Below are positions 18,549-25,561 of a stretch of DNA of 64,000 nt, piece after piece. Position 1 is the stretch's first letter; every line of letters starts with the position of its first letter. The stretch is from Phycisphaerae bacterium. GTDB lineage: Bacteria > Planctomycetota > Phycisphaerae > Sedimentisphaerales > UBA12454. The position numbers and the translations under genes were made by a program. The notes under the pieces were generated by a model. The model saw only the letters and a list, made by a program, of their open reading frames with translations. It searched no databases and was not told the origin of the DNA. The DNA is taken from positions 79,963-143,962 of the forward strand of contig JBAZHC010000006.1 of NCBI GenBank assembly GCA_041652575.1, in the 5' to 3' direction.

Positions 18549-19004
18549 TCAGGCTTTTTTGGTCAGCATACTATATTCTATTTCAAAGCGAAGCTTGTGT
18601 TTAACTTCCTCCTCTGCTATCGCCAAAAGCACCTCTTTGGACTTTGGGTCGGTAACATGGGGCAGTAAATCCACATAAGTCCTGAACGAGGCCTCCTCTT
18701 TTTCGATTGCGAGCAAAAGTATGTCCCTGTAATCCATACTGCCCAGGGAATCTGCATCCGGTATTGAATCGGCCTCTGATGGGACGAACGAATCTTCTTC
18801 GGCGGGCAGAACTTTTCCCATTTTCAAAATTTCCAGCTCGAGCTGTTCCTTGTGGCCAAGCTCTTCTTTGGCAAAATCTTCAAGAACCTTGCGCATCTGG
18901 GGATCGCTGACAACTTTGGCCAGTGCCATATAGAAATGATACGCCGCTATTTCGCGAAAAATCGCAAACTCAAAGATTTCGCTGTCCGGCTCGGTTTGCG
19001 CCAT
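18549..19004 (-). CDS. ferritin-like / rubrerythrin-family diiron protein
   Basis: 151 aa. Two ExxH half-sites (AKEELGHKEQ and AEEEVKHKLRF) in a four-helix pattern. Confidence 0.7.
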   Translation of the reverse strand: MAQTEPDSEIFEFAIFREIAAYHFYMALAKVVSDPQMRKVLEDFAKEELGHKEQLELEILKMGKVLPAEEDSFVPSEADSIPDADSLGSMDYRDILLLAIEKEEASFRTYVDLLPHVTDPKSKEVLLAIAEEEVKHKLRFEIEYSMLTKKA

Positions 19005-19231
19005 AGTTTTGCTCCAAAATCAACCTCGCCATAATTATACGTTCCCGGCCGGGGCAAGGCAAAAAGATTTTGAGCTAACCAATCAGGGCGTTCTCTCTGT
19101 AAGGAGTCCTTAGGCCTGTGCCTAAAATCGGCGTCATTCTGTGTTCATCTGTGGCTAAAATTCTTTATTTTGCATTTTTTCTTTTCTTTGTTAAAATTAC
19201 CCGAAGAAACCATTTAAAAGGGAGAAACTAA

Positions 19232-20041
19232 ATGTCAAAAATTGGCTTTATCGGCGCCGGCAATATGGCCGAGGCGATAATCAAAGGCATTATCGACGCA
19301 AAGTTTTATAAATCGAAGGATATAATCATCAGCGATATTCGTCCGGAGCGCATTAAATTTCTCTGCAAAAAATACAAGGTTTCATCCGCCGCCGACAATT
19401 GCAAACTGACAAAGGCCGTTGATGTACTTGTTTTGAGTACCAAGCCGCAGAATATACGGGAAGTTCTGGAAGAAATAAAAGCCTCTGTCAGCAAAAAACT
19501 TTTGATTGTATCCATAGCCGCAGGTGTAACGACCAAAAAGATTCAGAAGGTTCTCGGCAATGTTTCTGTCGTGCGCGTGATGCCGAATACTCCCGCTTTG
19601 ATTGGCGCGGGAGCGGCGGCGATATACGCAACGAAAAATGCAAAGGCCAAAGTAAAATCTGTTGTGCAGATTTTTTCCGCTGTCGGCCTTGCGGTAGTTG
19701 TTAATGATGAAAAACTCATCGATGCCGTAACGGCAGTCAGCGGTTCCGGGCCTGCGTATTTCTTTTTACTGATGGAGGAGATGATAAAGACGGCCGGAAA
19801 ACTGGGGCTTAAAAAAGAGCTTGCCGAAAAGCTTGTTTTGCAGACGGCAAAGGGAGCGGGTCTGCTTGCGGTTGAGGCGTTAAAAAACGGTCAGTCCCCG
19901 GATATCCTGCGAAAAAATGTTACATCTCCCGGCGGGACTACGGAAGCTGCGCTGAAGGTGTTTGCCAAGCGTAAATTTGAAAAGACAGTTCTCGATGCGC
20001 TGCGGTCCGCTGCGAAACGAAGCAGGGAACTTTCGAAATAG
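19232..20041 (+). CDS. proC: pyrroline-5-carboxylate reductase
   Basis: 269 aa. Rossmann IGFIGAGNMAEAI; C-terminal VTSPGGTTEAAL signature. Confidence 0.9.
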   Translation: MSKIGFIGAGNMAEAIIKGIIDAKFYKSKDIIISDIRPERIKFLCKKYKVSSAADNCKLTKAVDVLVLSTKPQNIREVLEEIKASVSKKLLIVSIAAGVTTKKIQKVLGNVSVVRVMPNTPALIGAGAAAIYATKNAKAKVKSVVQIFSAVGLAVVVNDEKLIDAVTAVSGSGPAYFFLLMEEMIKTAGKLGLKKELAEKLVLQTAKGAGLLAVEALKNGQSPDILRKNVTSPGGTTEAALKVFAKRKFEKTVLDALRSAAKRSRELSK

Positions 20042-20050
20042 CGAATTTGG

Positions 20051-20233
20051 CTATTCGACCGCGATTGCCTCTACGGGACATTCATCGGCTGCCTGCTGGG
20101 CGGCGTCTTCGAACTGAGGCGGAACCTGCTCGACGATAACCTCTGCGATGTTATCGCCCATCCTGAAAACTTCCGAACAAGTCTCGACGCATAGCCCGCA
20201 CGATGTACAACTGTCATCAATTTTTACTTTCAT
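20051..20233 (-). CDS. small single-cluster ferredoxin
   Basis: 60 aa. CTSCGLCVETC ... ECPVEAI arrangement. Confidence 0.8.
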   Translation of the reverse strand: MKVKIDDSCTSCGLCVETCSEVFRMGDNIAEVIVEQVPPQFEDAAQQAADECPVEAIAVE

Positions 20234-20404
20234 AACATTCCCCTGCTAAACTTTTTGTTTTAGGTATTGGTTTAGGTAACGTTTATAAATGCCCAAACCA
20301 AAAACGTGACATTACCATTACCTCTACCGGTTTTTTACGCAGATTCCCACCCCCGCCTACGCGAGGGTGATATTCCTGCGCGAGAATGACACTCTGATAA
20401 AAAA

Positions 20405-20499
20405 GGCCGGGTTTACCAGTCACAACCAAACGACCGCGTATGGCTGCTCGCTTCCGCGTCTGACCAGGTTTGCGGGTCCGGATAGTCTGAGACCCGGCC
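20405..20499 (-). ncRNA. ffs: signal recognition particle RNA (4.5S type)
   Basis: The reverse complement reads GGCCGGGU...ACCUGGUCAGACGCGGAAGCGAGCAGCCAUACG...ACCCGGCC. This matches the conserved domain IV core (CCAGGUCAG-stem-GGAA tetraloop-stem-AGCAGCC). The 8-bp terminal stem is followed by a U-run (ttttttatc). Position next to dnaX is typical. Confidence 0.7.
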
Positions 20500-20618
20500 G
20501 GATTTATTGTATCGTTTATTCCGCAAATGACAAGCCTAAAGCATTTAAAACAATTCAATTTGACTAAACGGCCTTTTGCATTTATGATGGTTTTTCACGG
20601 ATTCTATACGGAAAAACA

Positions 20619-22298
20619 ATGGCTTATACAGTACTGGCAAGAAGGTATCGCTCGCAAACGTTTGACGACGTGGTCGGGCAAAACGCTATTTCTCAGACGT
20701 TGAAAAATGCGATAACCTCCGGCAGGGTCGCCCACGCCTATCTTTTCACCGGCACACGGGGCGTAGGCAAAACCACTATGGCCAGAATCCTTGCCAAATC
20801 GCTAAATTGCCTCGCATCCAACAAGCCAACGGTCGAGCCGTGCTTAAAATGCGATAGCTGTATATCGGTAAACAGCGGCGAAGATATCGACGTTGTCGAA
20901 ATAGACGGGGCGTCGGAACGTAAGATAGAAGATATCCGCGAACTGCGGAACAACGCCATATACCGGCCGGCAAGGGCCAGATACAAGATATACATTATAG
21001 ACGAAGTACATATGCTCACGACAGAGGCGTTCAACGCCCTGCTGAAAATCCTCGAAGAACCGCCTTCACACGTTAAATTCATTTTCGCGACAACCGAGCC
21101 GAACAAAGTACTGGCGACAATCCAGTCCCGATGCCAAAGGTTCGATTTCGGCAATATCAGCCCTGCCGATATTATCACTCAGCTCAAAAAAATACTTACC
21201 GACGAGCAGATAAAATTCGAGGACGATTGCATAATCGCCCTGGCAAGACTTGCCAACGGGTCGATGCGCGACGCGCTGAGCCTGCTCGACCAGATTATCA
21301 GCGCAGGGACGCAGCCTTTGACGGTGAAAATGCTCGAAGATTTGCTCGGACTGCCGAGCAGCGAAAAAACATACCTGCTCCTCGAAAAAATCGGCGCTGC
21401 CGACGCCGCGGGAACATTGCAGGGAGTTGACGACCTGCTAAATACCGGCCTGAGCTGCACGGGATTGCTCGATGCGCTTATCAACGGCCTTCGCGATATG
21501 ATGGTTCTCAAGGCGGCAAAGGCCGCGTCTTCTCTGGTAATCCTGACCGAAGCAGAAAAGAAAAGGCTTATTGAAATAGCAGAAAACTTCGATATACCGG
21601 CCCTTGTTTACAATATAGCGCTTCTCGAAAAGCTGCGCTGGCCGGTGAAAAACAGCGATAATCCGCGGGCACTTCTCGAAGCATCGCTGCTGAGATTCGC
21701 CCTGGCCGAGCAATTTATGAGCATACCCGACTTACTCAACGCTAAAGGCCCTGCCGAGCAGTTAAAAAAAAACACAGCAGTAACACATAAGACACAGAAC
21801 ACAGAACACAGTCCTATGGACTCCTTACGGAGAACACAGAATTCAGAACTCAAATCTGACCAGCAGGCGGACAAATCCCAGGAACCTGTAATCGCGGCAG
21901 GAGCGGATATCGAGCAGATAAAACAAAATTGGGAAAAAATAATTAATTCAATCCCGAATACGAGAATTGCTGAGCTTTTGAGAAAAGCATCCCCACTGCG
22001 ATTAAACGGTAATTTGCTAATCCTTGGCTTTAACGGGTGCGATGAATTTACGATGAAACTCTGCAAGGGAAACGGCAAGCAGGAAGCAATCGAAACCATC
22101 CTGAGCGGTTTACTTGGCACAAAAATAAAAACCGGCTTTGAAATTATTAATGAAGCTTCGCAGAATCTGGCCAAGCCCAAACCACGCGGAGCAAAGGTGA
22201 GCAAAAAAACTATCGATGAGGCAGCTAACAGCCCAATCATAAAAAATATGCTTACCGAATTTGAAGCTAACATTATAGATGTAGAGGAACAGAACTAA
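20619..22298 (+). CDS. dnaX: DNA polymerase III subunits tau/gamma
   Basis: 559 aa. Walker A GTRGVGKTT, zinc module CLKCDSC, DEVHML, SRC motif (SRCQRF). Confidence 0.93.
   Translation: MAYTVLARRYRSQTFDDVVGQNAISQTLKNAITSGRVAHAYLFTGTRGVGKTTMARILAKSLNCLASNKPTVEPCLKCDSCISVNSGEDIDVVEIDGASERKIEDIRELRNNAIYRPARARYKIYIIDEVHMLTTEAFNALLKILEEPPSHVKFIFATTEPNKVLATIQSRCQRFDFGNISPADIITQLKKILTDEQIKFEDDCIIALARLANGSMRDALSLLDQIISAGTQPLTVKMLEDLLGLPSSEKTYLLLEKIGAADAAGTLQGVDDLLNTGLSCTGLLDALINGLRDMMVLKAAKAASSLVILTEAEKKRLIEIAENFDIPALVYNIALLEKLRWPVKNSDNPRALLEASLLRFALAEQFMSIPDLLNAKGPAEQLKKNTAVTHKTQNTEHSPMDSLRRTQNSELKSDQQADKSQEPVIAAGADIEQIKQNWEKIINSIPNTRIAELLRKASPLRLNGNLLILGFNGCDEFTMKLCKGNGKQEAIETILSGLLGTKIKTGFEIINEASQNLAKPKPRGAKVSKKTIDEAANSPIIKNMLTEFEANIIDVEEQN
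21764..21790 (+). promoter_or_regulatory. candidate recoding site in dnaX: A9 run with immediate stops in the -1 and +1 frames
   Basis: tta aaa aaa aac at codons 382-385. The -1 frame reads K H S S N T then TAA (21788-21790). The +1 frame reads T Q Q then TAA (21781-21783). Confidence 0.45.
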
Positions 22299-22310
22299 TG
22301 AGGACGGTTT

Positions 22311-23189
22311 ATGGATTTGGACAAACTTGAACAAATAAAAAAACTTGCAATTATATCTGTTTTCGCAGACGACACTCTAATGAAAACACTTGTCCTAAAG
22401 GGTGGCAATGCTTTAGATATTGTCTATAAAATTTCCCCCAGAGCCTCAATAGATCTGGATTTTTCAATCGAATCTGAATTTGACTCTCTTAATGAGTTTT
22501 TAGACAGGCTAAGTAAATCATTAGAAAAAATTTTCAGTGAAAATGATTATATAATTTTTGATATTGCTATTAAGGAAAAGCCCGAACAAAACAAACCTAA
22601 TACTCCAAAATTTTGGGGAGGCTATCAGTTAGAATTTAAAATTATAAGCAAAAATGATTACGTTAAGCATCAAGAAAATATTGATGCTTTGAGGAAAAAT
22701 GCTACGGTTGTTGGGCCACTTCAGAAAAGGAAATTTAGCATTGATGTAAGCAAGTGGGAATATTGTGAGCACAAACAAGCCTTTGAGCTTGAAAATTATA
22801 CCATTTATGCATATTCGCCAGAGATGATAGTATTTGAAAAGATAAGAGCTATTTGTCAGCAAATGCCGGAATATGTGGAATTAATTGGTCAATCTTATCG
22901 AACTGCTCGAGCGAGAGATTTCTTTGATATTTATACAGTTTTAAATCATTTTACAATAAATTTAACCACTCCAAACAACATTGAACTATTAAAGCGAATC
23001 TTTAAACAAAAAGGTGTAGGTTTAGGTTTAATTAAAAATATTAGAAATTATAAAGAATATCATAGGGAAGATTTTTCAACGATACAAAATACTGTAAAAC
23101 CTAATATAGAACTAAAGGCGTTTGATTTTTATTTTGATTATGTTGTAATGAAATGTGATGATTTATGCAAGGCCCTTGGGGAAGTATAA
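22311..23189 (+). CDS. AbiEii/AbiGii-family nucleotidyltransferase (type IV TA toxin-like)
   Basis: 292 aa. LVLKGGNALDIVYKISPRASIDLDFS is the family hallmark. Starts 13 nt after the dnaX stop and has its own GAGGA SD. Confidence 0.8.
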   Translation: MDLDKLEQIKKLAIISVFADDTLMKTLVLKGGNALDIVYKISPRASIDLDFSIESEFDSLNEFLDRLSKSLEKIFSENDYIIFDIAIKEKPEQNKPNTPKFWGGYQLEFKIISKNDYVKHQENIDALRKNATVVGPLQKRKFSIDVSKWEYCEHKQAFELENYTIYAYSPEMIVFEKIRAICQQMPEYVELIGQSYRTARARDFFDIYTVLNHFTINLTTPNNIELLKRIFKQKGVGLGLIKNIRNYKEYHREDFSTIQNTVKPNIELKAFDFYFDYVVMKCDDLCKALGEV

Positions 23190-24041
23190 CCTCCATTTTT
23201 CAGAATAGTCTAAATCTGTCATTTTGTGCATAAGATAAAAGTCGTATTTTATTTCAAATTTTCTTAATAATTCAATTTGCGACTCTTCATACGCACCTGT
23301 TTTATCTAAGTAAAATCCAATTACCTGATGGTAAGGATATACATAGTTAATCTTTTTGAGCAAAGCAGTTAGCCTGTTGATAGAAACCTTATCTTTTGCC
23401 AATTTATACGCTCTTAATACTTCAAAAGGCCCGCCAGAGTACTCTGGCCTTACGGCTATGTCAATTAAAGTGCGTTCTACATCTGTTAATCGTATTTTTT
23501 CTCCTTCATAACCAACCGACTCAATAACTCCAGCATTCCCGGTTTGCATACCGTTTAATAATCGTATTGTATTATTATGGTACTTCGCAATATTTTGAGA
23601 AAGTCTGGTAGCATTTCTAAATGCAAAATCTATCCCACTCTGCACAAGAGTACCTTTAGAATGGGGCTTGGATCCTTGTTCAAAGTTTAAGCAAATTGTT
23701 TTTGGGATTTGCTCGGTTAGCTCGTGAAAATACATTGCAGTATAATGCGTAAAATAACTTTTAGGTTTCAGGGCCAAAAGTAGTTCATAGAAAGGGATCT
23801 CGCCCCAAGTGTATCTAACAATAGAACGGTATGAAAAATTGAATATTTCTTTTTTTAGTTTGGTATCTTTAATTAGAAAATTTATAAAATTATTGCAAGA
23901 CATATACATTGCCAAACGCCAGTATGCACGGTTCTTTTCGAGGATTTCCCTGATATCAGATAGTTCAAAAATCTTCTGATTTAAACCATCAAATAGTTTT
24001 ATTATGTCGGGCTTCGCTATAGATATTCGAGTTTTTGCCAT
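23163..24041 (-). CDS. AbiEi-like protein (putative antitoxin/transcriptional regulator)
   Basis: 292 aa. KSYFTHYTAMYFHELTEQIP and RLTDVERTLIDIAVRP resemble the conserved AbiEi blocks. Convergent with the AbiEii ORF, overlapping it by 27 nt. Confidence 0.6.
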   Translation of the reverse strand: MAKTRISIAKPDIIKLFDGLNQKIFELSDIREILEKNRAYWRLAMYMSCNNFINFLIKDTKLKKEIFNFSYRSIVRYTWGEIPFYELLLALKPKSYFTHYTAMYFHELTEQIPKTICLNFEQGSKPHSKGTLVQSGIDFAFRNATRLSQNIAKYHNNTIRLLNGMQTGNAGVIESVGYEGEKIRLTDVERTLIDIAVRPEYSGGPFEVLRAYKLAKDKVSINRLTALLKKINYVYPYHQVIGFYLDKTGAYEESQIELLRKFEIKYDFYLMHKMTDLDYSEKWRLYFPKGLA

Positions 24042-24166
24042 GATTGCAACTTAGTATTATTAATATCAAAACTATTTTTAGATGCCTTTATAAATCTCGG
24101 CTAGTAGTTCACTTTAACGTTAAGTTTTAGTTGTAGTTTGAGTTATACACTAATAGTTTTCGTTTA

Positions 24167-24175
24167 ATTATACCA
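24167..24175 (-). promoter_or_regulatory. extended -10 element (TGGTATAAT) facing the AbiEi-like gene, abutting palindrome P1
   Basis: Reverse complement of attatacca, about 125 nt upstream of the ATG at 24041. Confidence 0.35.
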
Positions 24176-24203
24176 TTTACAGTAGTATATATACTACTGT
24201 AAA
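24176..24203. repeat. palindrome P1, perfect 28 bp
   Basis: tttacagtagtata|tatactactgtaaa; core GTAGTATATATACTAC. Confidence 0.95.
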
Positions 24204-24300
24204 TTGGATTAGTTATTGATCCTTTTAATATAGTCATATAATTATTACATAATTTTCAATAAACACATGTACATGGAGCGTTTAAAGCATTTTATTATTG

Positions 24301-24328
24301 TGTTATGTAGTATATATACTACATAACA
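24301..24328. repeat. palindrome P2, perfect 28 bp
   Basis: tgttatgtagtata|tatactacataaca; same core. Confidence 0.95.
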
Positions 24329-24439
24329 TAGGGTCAATATAAAAACATAAGTCATTTTATTGAGCAATTTCCCATAATTCCTTTATAAAAAGATATATAA
24401 ATTGTATGTAAAATAGGTCTTTTTTGTTACAATTAATAA

Positions 24440-24467
24440 TTGACAGGTTTTATGTAGTATATATACT
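24440..24467 (+). promoter_or_regulatory. sigma-70-like promoter TTGACA-N16-TATACT overlapped by palindrome P3, pointing toward recR
   Basis: Hexamers read directly at 24440-24445 and 24462-24467. Confidence 0.35.
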
Positions 24468-24478
24468 ACATAAAACCT
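24445..24478. repeat. palindrome P3, perfect 34 bp
   Basis: aggttttatgtagtata|tatactacataaaacct; same core. Confidence 0.95.
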
Positions 24479-24821
24479 ATGAATATCAAACTTAAATTCC
24501 ACTTGTAGCTAACAAAATCACATTTTTTTAAAACCTCCTTACAAATTCGCGATTAATCGCATATAAAAAAGGCGGTTATTTGACGTTGCCATATTTTGAA
24601 AAAACCATAAAATGGTAAGGTAAATGGTTTAAAAACGAGATTGCTTCGCCCCAAAGGGGCTCAGATGACAAGGTGTAAAGATAAGGCGAATAAAAGGAAG
24701 GTGCGGGATGAACCCCCGTTAGACCTGGTTGGTTTTATACATATGTTGTAAAGTTCGAAAAGGCAGGTATATTTTATACAGGTTGTACAAACAATTATAA
24801 ATTGAATGGAGGTCTAACGGG

Positions 24822-25427
24822 GTGAATCCTGCATATACACAGAGTTTAAATAAGCTGATAGATGAACTTGGCAGGTTGCCGGGCATAGGCACAAAAACCG
24901 CTGAACGGCTGGCATTTCATATCCTGAGAACGGAAAAAGCCGAAGCACTTTCCCTTGCCGAGGCCATCACGAAACTAAAAAGCAGCGTCCGGCAATGCAA
25001 ACAATGCCATAACCTTTCCGAAGGCGATTTATGCTCGATTTGCCGCGACGCCAAACGCGACAAAAGCATTATCTGCGTCGTCGAACAGTTCAAGGACCTC
25101 ATAGCCCTTGAAAAAACCGGACTCTGCAAATGGGTTTATCACGTCCTCGGCGGCCATATCGCTCCGCTGGACGGCATCGAGCCGCACGATTTGACAATCG
25201 ACCATTTAATCAGCCGAATCCGCGACGGCAAAATCAGCGAGGTTGTAATGGCCACGAATCCGACCGTCGAAGGCGACGGCACGGCCCTTTATCTCAGTTC
25301 ATTAATAAAACCTTTAGGCGTTAAAATCACACGGCTCGCAAGAGGCCTGCCGGGCGGAAGCCAGATAGAATACGCCGGCGGCGCGGTTTTGACAGACGCT
25401 ATACTCGGCAGAAACGAACTCGAATAG
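24822..25427 (+). CDS. recR: recombination protein RecR
   Basis: 201 aa, GTG start. HhH LPGIGTKTAERLAFH, C4 zinc finger CKQCHN..CSIC, TOPRIM segment. Confidence 0.93.
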   Translation: MNPAYTQSLNKLIDELGRLPGIGTKTAERLAFHILRTEKAEALSLAEAITKLKSSVRQCKQCHNLSEGDLCSICRDAKRDKSIICVVEQFKDLIALEKTGLCKWVYHVLGGHIAPLDGIEPHDLTIDHLISRIRDGKISEVVMATNPTVEGDGTALYLSSLIKPLGVKITRLARGLPGGSQIEYAGGAVLTDAILGRNELE

Positions 25428-25561
25428 CGATTTTCAGCGTGTTTTTGCCGATTTTCCCCCATTTTAGGCACATTAAATTGCTTTTTTCGCAACAATTTGC
25501 TATATTTAATCCAATTGGAACGAAATTTGCATATTAGGCACGAATTTTTCCTGGAAGTGGT

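Noticed and set aside
20283-20558. 91-aa minus-strand ORF and 66-aa plus-strand ORF between the ferredoxin gene and dnaX
   Set aside because: The region is better explained by the SRP RNA (conserved domain IV sequence plus a terminal stem and U-tract). The peptide translations are Arg/Gly-rich nonsense.
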